Source: Saliniramus sp. (lineage in GTDB: Bacteria > Pseudomonadota > Alphaproteobacteria > Rhizobiales > Beijerinckiaceae). Taken from it: a stretch of DNA of 64,000 nucleotides. Below, in pieces: positions 39,829 through 49,006 of the stretch (positions are counted from its first letter, which is position 1; each line of letters begins with the position of its first letter). The notes under the pieces are model-generated. The model saw only the letters and a program-made list of their open reading frames with translations, was not told where the DNA came from and did not search any database. Both the position numbers and the translations under genes were made by a program. Location: NCBI GenBank assembly GCA_041686895.1, contig JAWLCY010000017.1, positions 2,490-66,489 of the forward strand, written 5' to 3'.

Positions 39829-39975
39829 GTTTCGTCTCCGGTCACAGGCGAGGCTGCCAGCTCACCTGGACGCAGCTCGTCGCTTTCATGGGAATTGAGC
39901 GCCGGCTTATACTCGCCTTCGGAGCACATGGCTAGCCCCGAATCGCACCGAAAGGCGCGAAAATCGTCGATCCCG

Positions 39976-40641
39976 TCATCCGGCGCAGTGCGCAATCGGC
40001 CCGGCCTGGACCGCGCGGGCGACGAGGCGTTCCGCGAGGCGGCGGTGGCCCGTGGACGGGGAGCGGGGGTTTCGCGTCTTCGGACTGGGCAGGGCGGTCG
40101 CGAGAAGGGCTGCCTCGCCCCGCGTCAGATCCCGCGCCGACTTGTTGAAATAGCGGCGCGCCGCGGCCTCCGCCCCGAAGGTTCCCTCGCCCCATTCCGC
40201 GAGGTTGAGATAGACCTCGAGCATGCGCTCCTTGGACCAGACCAGATCGAGCCACATGGCGATGGGGATCTCCATCATCTTGCGGATATAGGAGCGCTGC
40301 GGCCAGAGAAAGACGTTCTTGGCCGTCTGCATCGGGATCGTCGAGGCCCCGCGCGTTGCCCCGGACTCGATCGCGATGCGGATCTGCTCCCAGTCGACGC
40401 CGTGGTGCCTGCAGAACTGCCCGTCCTCCGAGGCCACCACCATGAGGCGCAGATGCGGGCTGATCTCCTCGATCGGGACGACGTCCCGCTCCACCGGCTT
40501 GAGCGATGCCCAGCGGGCGAGCATGATCGTCGAGGGCGGGGTGACCACGAGATAGACGAGGCTCAGCGCGATCACCAGGGCGACGAGAAGGGCGGCGATT
40601 TTTCCGCCGAGGATGAGGGCGCGCCTGATGATACGTGACAT
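39976..40641 (-). CDS. mtgA: monofunctional biosynthetic peptidoglycan transglycosylase
   Basis: N-terminal TM anchor, then GT51 motifs ASEDGQFCRHHGVDW, GASTIPMQTAKNVFLW, RKMMEIPIA, YLNLAEWGEG. ATG at 40641. Confidence 0.92.
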   Translation of the reverse strand: MSRIIRRALILGGKIAALLVALVIALSLVYLVVTPPSTIMLARWASLKPVERDVVPIEEISPHLRLMVVASEDGQFCRHHGVDWEQIRIAIESGATRGASTIPMQTAKNVFLWPQRSYIRKMMEIPIAMWLDLVWSKERMLEVYLNLAEWGEGTFGAEAAARRYFNKSARDLTRGEAALLATALPSPKTRNPRSPSTGHRRLAERLVARAVQAGPIAHCAG

Positions 40642-40748
40642 GCAATCTTCGCGCGGCGCGCGTCGCTCTCTCTTTTCGCCTTCGACGGACGGCCAACACT
40701 TGACCGGAACGCCGCCCTGCGGCAAGCGGGCATGCGAGGATTTTCAAC

Positions 40749-41675
40749 ATGATCGACGTCGAGACCGTATTTGCCGCACGCCTCAGCGACGCCGCCCTGC
40801 GCGTCGAGGACATCCTCCGCCGCCTCCTCGGCGACGAGCCCGGCGAGGGCGAGATCGCCCGGCCGGATCGCCTGATGGCGGCAATGCGCCACGGCGCGCT
40901 CGCCGGAGGCAAGCGCCTGCGGCCGTTCCTGACCATTGAGGCGGCGCGGATGCTGGGCGCGACGGGCGACGGCCCGCTGCGCGCGGGGGCGGCGATCGAA
41001 CTGGTGCATTGCTATTCGCTGGTCCATGACGACCTTCCCGCGATGGACGACGACGACCTGCGTCGCGGCAAGCCGACCGTCCACAAGGCCTATGATGACG
41101 CAACCGCGATCCTCGTCGGCGACGCCCTGCAGACGCTCGCCTTCGAAGTCCTTGCGGAAGACGTAACCCATCCCGATGCCGGCGTGCGCGCCGCGCTCGT
41201 GCTCGGCCTCGCCCGCGCCTCGGGCCTCGGCGGCATGGTGGGCGGGCAGATGCTCGACCTTGCCGCCGAGGGGCGCTATGGCGCCCGCATCCTCTCGCGC
41301 GACGAGATCGTGACGCTCCAGGCGATGAAGACGGGCGCGATCCTCGCCTTTTCCGCCGAGGCTGGCGCGATCATCGCCGGAGCGGATGCCGACGCCCGCG
41401 CGCGCCTCCTCGCCTACGGAAAGGCGCTGGGGGCGGCCTTCCAGATCGCCGACGACATCCTCGACCGCGAGGCCAGCGCGGAGGAGCTCGGCAAGGCGGT
41501 CGGCAAGGATGCCGGCAAGGGCAAGGGGACGCTCGTCGACACGCTGGGAATCGACGGCGCGCGGGCGGAATGCGATCGGCTCGTCGCGCAGGCGGAGGAA
41601 GCGCTGGCGCCCTTCGGGGCGGAGGCGGCGATTCTGATCCAGGCGGCGCGGTTCACCGTGGCGAGGAAAAGCTGA
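40749..41675 (+). CDS. ispA: polyprenyl diphosphate synthase (farnesyl/geranylgeranyl diphosphate synthase)
   Basis: First and second Asp-rich motifs LVHDDLPAMDDDDLRRGKPT and FQIADDILD. Chain-length specificity cannot be judged from sequence alone. Confidence 0.82.
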   Translation: MIDVETVFAARLSDAALRVEDILRRLLGDEPGEGEIARPDRLMAAMRHGALAGGKRLRPFLTIEAARMLGATGDGPLRAGAAIELVHCYSLVHDDLPAMDDDDLRRGKPTVHKAYDDATAILVGDALQTLAFEVLAEDVTHPDAGVRAALVLGLARASGLGGMVGGQMLDLAAEGRYGARILSRDEIVTLQAMKTGAILAFSAEAGAIIAGADADARARLLAYGKALGAAFQIADDILDREASAEELGKAVGKDAGKGKGTLVDTLGIDGARAECDRLVAQAEEALAPFGAEAAILIQAARFTVARKS

Positions 41676-41685
41676 GGGCGCGGTT

Positions 41686-42732
41686 TCAATCCTCGTCGCT
41701 GCTCCCGAACAGGCCGAACTGCGATCCCCCCTCGCGCGTCGGCTCCGGGAGGCCGAGATGGCGGAAGGCGTGGGCGGTGAGGACACGGCCGCGCGGGGTG
41801 CGCTGCACGAAGCCCTTCTGGATCAGATAGGGCTCGATGATCTCCTCGATGGCGTCGCGCGGCTCCGAGAGCGCAGCGGCGATGGTCTCGATCCCGACAG
41901 GCCCTCCCGAGAAATTCGTCGCAACCATCGTGAGATACTTGCGGTCCATGATGTCGAGCCCGGCGGGATCCACCTCGAGCAGGCGAAGTGCGTTGTCCGC
42001 GATGGCGCGGGTGACGGTCTCCGCCCCGTCGACGATGGCGAAGTCGCGCACGCGCCGCAGGAGCCGTCCCGCGATGCGCGGCGTTCCCCGGGCGCGCTTG
42101 GCGATCTCGTTCGCCCCGTCCTCAGACATGCCGATATTGAGCACGCGCGCGCCGCGCCGCACGATCGATTCGAGTTCCTCGACCGTGTAGAATTCGAGGC
42201 GGATCGGGATGCCGAAGCGGTCGCGCAGCGGCGTCGTGAGGAGCCCCGCGCGGGTCGTCGCGCCGACGAGGGTGAATTTCGGCAGCTCGATCTTGACCGA
42301 GCGCGCCGCCGGTCCCTCGCCGATGATCAGGTCGAGCTGGAAATCCTCCATCGCGGGATAGAGGATCTCCTCGACCGCCGGGTTGAGTCGGTGAATTTCG
42401 TCGATGAAGAGGACGTCGCCCTCCTCCAGGTTCGTCAACTGCGCCGCGAGATCGCCCGCCTTGGCGATCACCGGGCCGGAGGTCGAGCGGAAATTGACCC
42501 CGAGTTCGCGCGCGACGATCTGCGCGAGCGTCGTCTTGCCGAGGCCTGGCGGGCCGACGAAGAGGACATGGTCGAGGGCGTCGCCCCGCGCCTTGGCGGC
42601 GTTGATGAACACCTGCAGGTTCGCCCGCGCCTGCCTCTGGCCGGTGAAATCGGACAGGGCGAGGGGGCGAAGGGATGTCTCGAGGTCATCCTCCCGCTTG
42701 TCGGGCGTCAGCAGGCCTTTTGCGTTGGTCAC
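41686..42732 (-). CDS. ruvB: Holliday junction branch migration DNA helicase RuvB
   Basis: [49 protein letters not shown]. Confidence 0.97.
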   Translation of the reverse strand: MTNAKGLLTPDKREDDLETSLRPLALSDFTGQRQARANLQVFINAAKARGDALDHVLFVGPPGLGKTTLAQIVARELGVNFRSTSGPVIAKAGDLAAQLTNLEEGDVLFIDEIHRLNPAVEEILYPAMEDFQLDLIIGEGPAARSVKIELPKFTLVGATTRAGLLTTPLRDRFGIPIRLEFYTVEELESIVRRGARVLNIGMSEDGANEIAKRARGTPRIAGRLLRRVRDFAIVDGAETVTRAIADNALRLLEVDPAGLDIMDRKYLTMVATNFSGGPVGIETIAAALSEPRDAIEEIIEPYLIQKGFVQRTPRGRVLTAHAFRHLGLPEPTREGGSQFGLFGSSDED

Positions 42733-42968
42733 GTCGCGCTTGCTCCCCGGGCGGATGCGCCGAATCGATCCGCCCTGTATAAAGCCGATCCGGCCCCGAG
42801 GACACCATTCATCGGCGGAACTCCGACGCCGCCCCGCCGGAGAGGAACGCGAGCGGCTTCCTCGGGATTGACGCGGAGTTTACGAAAATTTTGCCGAACG
42901 CGCCGGGGGTACTTGTATGCGAATCGATTCACGCGGATAGTTCGGCCCCGTTCCGAGCACAAGCCATC

Positions 42969-43592
42969 ATGTCGCGATCGATCGACTACTACTTCACGGG
43001 CTCTTCGCCCTGGACCTATATCGGCCATGACCTCTTCATGGAGATCGCGAAACGTTTCGCGCTGAAAGTGCAGTACAAGCCCGTGAATTTCGGCAGGGTC
43101 TTCTCTGAGACCGGCGGGCTGCCCCTTCCGCAGCGGCCCGCGGTGCGCCAGCGTTACCGCCTTGTCGAACTCCAGCGCTGGCGCGACCGGCGGGGCCTGA
43201 CCTTCAATATCCGCCCGAAGCACTTCCCCTTCGACGTCGCCCTGCTCGACCGCACCATCATCGCCCTGATCAACCGCGACAGGAATCCCGATGCGTTCAT
43301 GCGGCTCGCCTTCGACGCGATCTGGGAGGAGGAGCGTGATCTCGCCGATCCGGCGGTCATCGCGAACCTGCTCGCGGAATGCGGCTATGCGCCCGGCCCG
43401 GTCCTGGAAGAGGCGCGGGGCCCGGCGAGCGAGGCGGTTTATCTGCTCAACATCGAGAACGCGCTGGCCGCCGACGTCTTCGGCGCCCCCTCCTACGTCC
43501 TCGACGGCGAGGTCTTCTGGGGGCAGGATCGTCTGGAACTGCTCGAGGACGCCCTCTCCAGCGGACGGGCGGCCTATACCGCCGCTTTGTGA
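42969..43592 (+). CDS. 2-hydroxychromene-2-carboxylate isomerase family (DsbA-like fold) protein
   Basis: IDYYFTGSSPWTYIG...FGAPSYVLDGEVFWGQDRLELL is characteristic of the HCCA isomerase/DsbA-like family. ATG at 42969. Confidence 0.82.
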   Translation: MSRSIDYYFTGSSPWTYIGHDLFMEIAKRFALKVQYKPVNFGRVFSETGGLPLPQRPAVRQRYRLVELQRWRDRRGLTFNIRPKHFPFDVALLDRTIIALINRDRNPDAFMRLAFDAIWEEERDLADPAVIANLLAECGYAPGPVLEEARGPASEAVYLLNIENALAADVFGAPSYVLDGEVFWGQDRLELLEDALSSGRAAYTAAL

Positions 43593-43607
43593 TTTCCCGG
43601 ATTCCCG

Positions 43608-44591
43608 ATGACCTATATCTATGTTGCGATCGGCTTCGTCCTTCTCCTCGCGGGCGGGGAATATCTCGTGCGCGGGAGCGTCGCCGTGGCGCGCCGGCTC
43701 GGCCTCTCGCCGATGCTGATCGGGCTGACGCTCGTCGGCTTCGGCACCTCGACGCCGGAGCTCGTGGCGAGCGTGAACGCCGCGATGAAGGGAGCGCCCG
43801 CCCTGGCGATCGGGAACGTCGTCGGCAGCAACATCGCCAATATCCTCCTCGTCCTCGGCGCGTCGGCGCTGCTCCTGCCGATCGCGACGCACCGCGAGGC
43901 CTTCCGCAGGGATGGTCCCGCGCTCCTCGCCGTCACGGCTCTTCTCGTCGCCGCGGTCGTCTCCGGCGTGATCGCGCGCTGGATGGGTTTCGCGGGGCTA
44001 GGGCTCCTCGTCGCCTACACGGTCTTCACCTACTGGAGCGACACGCGCTCGCTCGACGCGGGCGCGTTGATGCACGCCCAGGAGGCTGACGAAGTCGACA
44101 TGCCCGACATGCCCCTGTGGCAGGCGCTCCTCGTCGCCTTCGGGGGAATGGCGGGCGTGCTCTTCGGCGCGGACCTCCTCGTCGACGGGGCAATCGAGAT
44201 CGCCCTTGCCTTTGGCGTCTCGGAAGCGGTTATCGGGCTCACCCTTGTCGCCATCGGCACGTCCCTGCCGGAACTGGTCACTTCCGTGATGGCGGCCATC
44301 CGTCGCCACGCCGACGTCGCCTTCGGCAACATCGTCGGGAGCAGCATCTTCAACGTGCTGGGCATCCTCGCGGTGACGGCGGTGATCACGCCGTTGGCGG
44401 TGCCGGCGGGGATCGCCCGCTTCGATGTATGGGTCGCGGCACTCGCAGCCGTGATGCTCGTGGTCTTCGCGATGACGGGGTGGCGCATCGGGCGCCGCGA
44501 GGGCGGGATTCTCCTCGCGGGCTACATGTTCTATCTCGCCCTGCAGATCTCGCCGGGGCTGCGGTCAGCCCTGTGGCTGCCCGCAGCGTGA
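43608..44591 (+). CDS. calcium/sodium antiporter (CaCA family, YrbG-like)
   Basis: Two alpha-repeat motifs GLTLVGFGTSTPELVAS and GLTLVAIGTSLPELVTS. About 10 TM helices. Confidence 0.88.
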   Translation: MTYIYVAIGFVLLLAGGEYLVRGSVAVARRLGLSPMLIGLTLVGFGTSTPELVASVNAAMKGAPALAIGNVVGSNIANILLVLGASALLLPIATHREAFRRDGPALLAVTALLVAAVVSGVIARWMGFAGLGLLVAYTVFTYWSDTRSLDAGALMHAQEADEVDMPDMPLWQALLVAFGGMAGVLFGADLLVDGAIEIALAFGVSEAVIGLTLVAIGTSLPELVTSVMAAIRRHADVAFGNIVGSSIFNVLGILAVTAVITPLAVPAGIARFDVWVAALAAVMLVVFAMTGWRIGRREGGILLAGYMFYLALQISPGLRSALWLPAA

Positions 44592-44614
44592 GTGATTTCC
44601 GGCCTGAACCGCCG

Positions 44615-44640
44615 GCAAGAAGTTCCAGCAAGAAGTTCCG
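44615..44640. repeat. 13-nt tandem duplication between convergent genes
   Basis: gcaagaagttcca (44615-44627) followed by gcaagaagttccg (44628-44640). Confidence 0.7.
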
Positions 44641-44644
44641 GCGA

Positions 44645-45439
44645 TCAGCCCTGCTTCGCGGCGGCGACGTGCCTGTCCAGTTCCGCGCGCAGCGCAGCGG
44701 GAAGGTGGAGGGCGTCCGCCAGCCGCTCGAGATAGCGCTGCTCCTCCGGCGTATCGACGTCGAGCGCCAGGGCGGAGGCCAGGTAGATTTCGGCGGACTG
44801 CTCCTCGCCCCGGGCGAGACGCGCGATCGCAATGGGATCGCTGGGTGCGTTGAGCTGGTCGAAGAGGAAGGCCTTCTCGTCGGCCGCGAGCTCCATCGTC
44901 TGGATCTGCTGCTGGATCTGCGCGTGCTCGTTCTGGTCGATATGGCCATCGGCGTTCGCGGCGCTGATCATCGCGCGCACGAGGGTGAGGCGCATATCCG
45001 CTCCTTCCGCGTCCCGCTGGGTGGCGAGGTCGAAGGCGCCGCCTGCGGGCGGGGCGGGAAGCTGGGGCACGGAAACCGGGCCGCCCAGCTGCGGGGCGCC
45101 CTGCTGACCGGCCTTGTAGTCGCTCCAGGCCTTGTAGGCGAGGCCGCCGACGACCGCGAGCCCGCCATAGGTGAGGGCCTTGCCGCCGATCTTGCGGGCT
45201 TTCTTGCTGCCCATCAGGAGCGCAATGAGCCCGCCGGCGGCAGCGCCGCCCGCGAGACCGCCGGGCATCCCGCCAATCCCGGATCCCGTTCCTGATGGCA
45301 ATCCCGAGAGCCCTCGACTGATCATGTCCTTGATCTGGGAGCCACCCGGCATCTGGGCGCCGCCGGCCCGACCGGAGCCGGCCTGCTCTCCAGCGCCCGC
45401 CTGCCCGAGGAAGCCGTCGAGCAATCTCTTGATGTCCAT
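44645..45439 (-). CDS. DUF533 / TerB-like (YebE family) protein
   Basis: MDIKRLLDGFLGQAG..., Gly-rich region, TM-like GGLIALLMG / GGLAVVGGLAY, and a C-terminal TerB-like helical domain (ISAANADGHIDQNE). The ATG at 45439 has an AAAGGGA SD. Confidence 0.8.
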   Translation of the reverse strand: MDIKRLLDGFLGQAGAGEQAGSGRAGGAQMPGGSQIKDMISRGLSGLPSGTGSGIGGMPGGLAGGAAAGGLIALLMGSKKARKIGGKALTYGGLAVVGGLAYKAWSDYKAGQQGAPQLGGPVSVPQLPAPPAGGAFDLATQRDAEGADMRLTLVRAMISAANADGHIDQNEHAQIQQQIQTMELAADEKAFLFDQLNAPSDPIAIARLARGEEQSAEIYLASALALDVDTPEEQRYLERLADALHLPAALRAELDRHVAAAKQG

Positions 45440-45455
45440 GATCGAGTCCCTTTCG

Positions 45456-45484
45456 CCTGTAATTCCGGAATTGCGGATTACAGG
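45456..45484. promoter_or_regulatory. 29-nt palindrome immediately upstream of the DUF533 gene SD (operator or 5'-UTR hairpin)
   Basis: CCTGTAAT-tccggaattgcgg-ATTACAGG: perfect 8-bp arms, with an inner region that is itself partly symmetric. Confidence 0.35.
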
Positions 45485-45583
45485 TGGGGGGTCATCGATC
45501 TTTCTCCAAGTGGCGACCGCACGGTTCCCCCGCAATAGGGGGTTGATTTCGCGTCAGCGGGGAGGCTTGCGTCAAGGCTCGCC

Positions 45584-46222
45584 TCAGCTCCGCACGCCGC
45601 CGCGGCGCACCGTCACGTTCGCTCCGACCTCGACCCGGCTGTAGAGATCGACGATGTCCTCGTTGAGCAGGCGCACGCAACCGGAGGAGACGGCCTCGCC
45701 GATCGACCAGGGCTCGTTCGTCCCGTGAATGCGAAAAAGCGTGTCGCGGTTGCCCTGATAGAGATAGAGGGCGCGCGCGCCGAGCGGGTTGTCGATGCCG
45801 CCTTCCATGTGGGTCGGAAGGTCCGGGGTGATCCGGCGCATGTTGTCCGTCGGGCTCCAGCCCGGCCAGACGCCCTTGCGGGCGATCTGCGCGTCGCCTT
45901 TCCAGGCGAAGCCGTTGCGGCCGACGCCGATGCCGTAGCGCATCGCCTTGCCGCCCCCCTCGACGAGGTAGAGGAAGCGGTTGTCGATATCGACCACGAT
46001 CGTGCCGGGAGCCTCCGGCCCCGCGTAGTTCACGCGCTGGCGCAGGTAGACGGGGTTCATCAGCGCCTTGTTGACGATGGGGACATCGTGCGGCTCGTCG
46101 GCCATCAGGCCGGTATACCAGGCGGAGACATCCATTGCGGCAGGGTCCAGCGCCATCTGGGGCGAGGGCTGGCAGGCGGCGAGGGAAAGCGCGAGGGCGA
46201 TCAGGCTGACGCGGGCGAGCAT
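45584..46222 (-). CDS. L,D-transpeptidase (YkuD domain) lipoprotein
   Basis: Lipobox MLARVSLIALALSLAAC. YkuD motifs LYLYQGNRDTLFRIHGT and SSGCVRL. The ATG at 46267 is an alternative start. Confidence 0.88.
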   Translation of the reverse strand: MLARVSLIALALSLAACQPSPQMALDPAAMDVSAWYTGLMADEPHDVPIVNKALMNPVYLRQRVNYAGPEAPGTIVVDIDNRFLYLVEGGGKAMRYGIGVGRNGFAWKGDAQIARKGVWPGWSPTDNMRRITPDLPTHMEGGIDNPLGARALYLYQGNRDTLFRIHGTNEPWSIGEAVSSGCVRLLNEDIVDLYSRVEVGANVTVRRGGVRS

Positions 46223-46295
46223 GGACCGGCAACGTTCCTGCAAAAGGTGATTCGCGGCCTGCACCATAGCGACCGCTGATTATCCCTTACCCGCT

Positions 46296-46335
46296 CGTCC
46301 CCCTCGCGCCAAGATGGTGCAACGCGAGGGCGACG
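46296..46335. terminator. strong hairpin at the 3' end of serA (T tract on the plus strand)
   Basis: cgtccccctcgcg (46296-46308) pairs with cgcgagggcgacg (46323-46335): 13 bp with 1 mismatch and a 14-nt loop. The plus strand continues ttctgtggtttta. Confidence 0.45.
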
Positions 46336-46345
46336 TTCTGTGGTT

Positions 46346-47593
46346 TTATTGCCGCACATAGAGGACGCGCGCGCGGATCGTCCCGTCCAGGGCGCGCAGA
46401 TCGCGCAGGATGTCGCGCGTGTCGTCCGGAACCCCGTCCACCTCGACGACGACATAGCCGATCTCGCCGTCGGTCTGCAGGAACTGGCCGGAGATGTTGA
46501 TCGCGCGCCGGGTGAAGACGTCGATCAGCCTGGCGAGGATTCCCGGCACATTGTGGTGCACATGCATGAAGCGCGCCCCGTGCGGCCGCGCCGGGAGCTG
46601 CGCCGCCGGGAAGTTCACCGCGCCCACGGTCGAGCCCGCATCAGAATAGTCGATGAGCTTGCGCGCGACTTCCGCGCCGATCCGTTCCTGCGCCTCGACG
46701 GTGGATCCGCCGACATGCGGCGTCAGGATGACGTTCCCGAGACCCTGGAGGGGCGTCTCGAATCGCTCCGCATTCGAACCCGGCTCGACGGGAAAGACGT
46801 CGATCGCCGCGCCCCGCAGATGCCCCTCGCCGAGAACCCGCGCAAGCGCCTCGAGATCGACGACCGTGCCGCGGCTGTTGTTGATGAGATACGCGCCCTT
46901 CTTCATCGCGCGCAACTGCTGCTCGCCGATCATGCCCTGCGTCGCGGGGGTTTCCGGAACATGCAGGCTGACGACGTCGGAGATGGCGAATAGTTCGTCG
47001 AGGCTCTCCACGGGCTCCGTATTGCCGTGGCGCAGCCGGTCGGTGTGGTCGTAATAGACGACGCGCATGCCGAAGCTCTCGGCGAGATAGGAGAGCTGGC
47101 TGCCGATATTGCCGTAGCCCACGATGCCCAACGTCTTGCCGCGCACCTCATGGCTGTCATTCGCCGACTTGTCCCACCCGCCGCCATGGGCGGAGACGGA
47201 GCGGGGGAAGATCCGGCGCATGAGCATGACGATCTCCGCGAGCGTCAGTTCGGCGACGGAGCGGGTGTTGGAGAACGGCGCGTTGAAGACGGGAATCCCG
47301 CGCCTGCGCGCGCCCTCGAGATCGACCTGGTTGGTGCCGACGCTGAAGCAGCCGATGGCGATGAGGCGGTCCGCGGCCTCGAGCACCGCTTCCGTGACCT
47401 GCGTGCGCGAGCGGATGCCGAGGATATGGACGCCGCGCACGGCGTCGAGGAGGTCCTGCCCGTCGAGCGCCTTGGGGAGGCGCTCCAGATTCGTGTAGCC
47501 CGCGTTGCGCAGCAATTCGACGGCGCTGTCGTTCACGCCTTCGAGCAGGAGCACGCGGATTTTCTCCTTGGAGAGCGAGAGGTGTTTCGGCAT
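46346..47593 (-). CDS. serA: D-3-phosphoglycerate dehydrogenase (E. coli-type, with C-terminal ACT domain)
   Basis: MPKHLSLSKEKIRVLLLEGVN (compare the E. coli SerA N-terminus), GIVGYGNIGSQL NAD-binding motif, and a HIGGST-type segment (PHVGGST). Confidence 0.93.
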   Translation of the reverse strand: MPKHLSLSKEKIRVLLLEGVNDSAVELLRNAGYTNLERLPKALDGQDLLDAVRGVHILGIRSRTQVTEAVLEAADRLIAIGCFSVGTNQVDLEGARRRGIPVFNAPFSNTRSVAELTLAEIVMLMRRIFPRSVSAHGGGWDKSANDSHEVRGKTLGIVGYGNIGSQLSYLAESFGMRVVYYDHTDRLRHGNTEPVESLDELFAISDVVSLHVPETPATQGMIGEQQLRAMKKGAYLINNSRGTVVDLEALARVLGEGHLRGAAIDVFPVEPGSNAERFETPLQGLGNVILTPHVGGSTVEAQERIGAEVARKLIDYSDAGSTVGAVNFPAAQLPARPHGARFMHVHHNVPGILARLIDVFTRRAINISGQFLQTDGEIGYVVVEVDGVPDDTRDILRDLRALDGTIRARVLYVRQ

Positions 47594-47694
47594 GGGAGGT
47601 CCGATCGCGGAAAGGGGCGCCCCGCGCGCCCGCCGACTCGGCTTACGTCGCAGGACGCGCCGCCGAAATCAAGAGCCCGGACGGGGGACGTGGT

Positions 47695-48927
47695 TCATGC
47701 CGCCCCGCGCCGCCATGCCGGGAACGGATCCGGAAGGGTGCGGAAATCCTCGGCGTCGAAATTCCGCGCCAGCGACGATCCCACGAGGCAGGAATCGAGC
47801 TCCGCACGCAGCGCCGCCTCGTCCATGCCGACGCCGATGAAGACGAACTCCTGGCGCCGGTCGCCCCAGATCGGGCTCCAGTGGCGGTCGAGCAGCCTGC
47901 GCCACGCGGGATCGTCCGGCCAGCGCCCCTTCGGGATCGCGCTCCACCAGAAGCCCATCGCGGTGACGCGACAGATCGCCCCCGCGATCGACATCTCCCC
48001 CACCCAGTCGGGCCGCGTCGCGAGCCAGAAATGCCCTTTGGCGCGGATCAGGCCGGGCCAGGTCTTGTTGATGAAGTCGTTGAACTTCTGCGGATGGAAG
48101 GGCCGGCGCGCGCGGTAGACGAAGCTCGTCACGCCGTATTCCTCGGTCTCCGGCACATGGTCGGCGTGGCCATAGAGTTCCTTGTACCAGAGCGGGTGCT
48201 CCTGCGCCTTCTCGTGATCGAACAGCCCCGTATCCAGGACCTCGGAGAGGGGCACGCGGCCGAAATCGGCCTCGATCAGTCGCGCGTCGGGGTTCAGGCC
48301 GTAGATCACCTTCTTCGCAAGGTCGCGCTGCTCGGGCGTCGTGTCGGAGGCCTTGTTGAGCACGATCACGTCGGCGAACTCGATCTGGTCGACAAGGAGA
48401 TCGACCAGCGTGCGGTCATCGCCCTCGCCCGCGACCTCGCCCCGGTCGCGCAGGAATTCGTTCGAGCCGTAATCCCTGAGCAGGTTGATGGCGTCGACCA
48501 CCGTGACCATCGTGTCGAGCCGCGCCACGTCGGACAGGCTCTCGCCTTCCTCGTCGCGAAAATCAAACGTGGCCGCGATCGGGAGGGGCTCCGCGATCCC
48601 GGTGCCCTCGATCAGGAGGTAGTCGTATTTCCCGCTCGCCGCGAGACGCTTCACCTCGGCCAGCAGGTCGTCGCGCAGGGTGCAGCAGATGCAGCCATTC
48701 GACATCTCGACGAGCTTTTCCTCCGTGCGCGAAAGATCCGCGCCGCCGCCGCGCACGAGGTCGGCGTCGATATTGACCTCGCTCATGTCGTTGACGATCA
48801 CCGCGACCTTGCGCCCTTCCCGGTTGTTGAGCACGTGGTTGAGCAGCGTCGTCTTGCCTGCCCCGAGGAAGCCGGAAAGAACCGTGACGGGAAGACGGGC
48901 GTCGGAATCTGACATGATCTTGCGCAT
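47695..48927 (-). CDS. COG0523 family zinc metallochaperone GTPase (ZigA/YeiR-like)
   Basis: [13 protein letters not shown] (P-loop), the CICCTL metal-binding CxCC motif, and a CobW C-terminal domain. The ATG at 48927 lies 5 nt after GGAGG. Confidence 0.88.
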   Translation of the reverse strand: MRKIMSDSDARLPVTVLSGFLGAGKTTLLNHVLNNREGRKVAVIVNDMSEVNIDADLVRGGGADLSRTEEKLVEMSNGCICCTLRDDLLAEVKRLAASGKYDYLLIEGTGIAEPLPIAATFDFRDEEGESLSDVARLDTMVTVVDAINLLRDYGSNEFLRDRGEVAGEGDDRTLVDLLVDQIEFADVIVLNKASDTTPEQRDLAKKVIYGLNPDARLIEADFGRVPLSEVLDTGLFDHEKAQEHPLWYKELYGHADHVPETEEYGVTSFVYRARRPFHPQKFNDFINKTWPGLIRAKGHFWLATRPDWVGEMSIAGAICRVTAMGFWWSAIPKGRWPDDPAWRRLLDRHWSPIWGDRRQEFVFIGVGMDEAALRAELDSCLVGSSLARNFDAEDFRTLPDPFPAWRRGAA

Positions 48928-48943
48928 GGTGACCTCCATGCCG

Positions 48944-48962
48944 GATGTAACAGTATAACATC
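48944..48962. promoter_or_regulatory. Zur-box-like imperfect palindrome upstream of the COG0523 GTPase gene
   Basis: The minus strand reads GATGTTATACTGTTACATC. ATGTTATA/TGTTACAT resembles the ATGTTATA-N-TATAACAT core of proteobacterial Zur boxes. A TTGACT -35-like hexamer lies upstream at 48970-48975. Confidence 0.5.
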
Positions 48963-49006
48963 ACACCAAAGTCAAGCTACAAATGGGGCTGGCCGCAAGG
49001 GCGGAA

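Noticed and set aside
42940-42953. GTTC…GTTC direct repeat upstream of ruvB, considered as an alphaproteobacterial LexA (SOS) box.
   Set aside because: The spacing is 6 nt, not the 7 nt of GTTC-N7-GTTC. It also lies next to the divergent HCCA-isomerase start, about 210 nt from ruvB.
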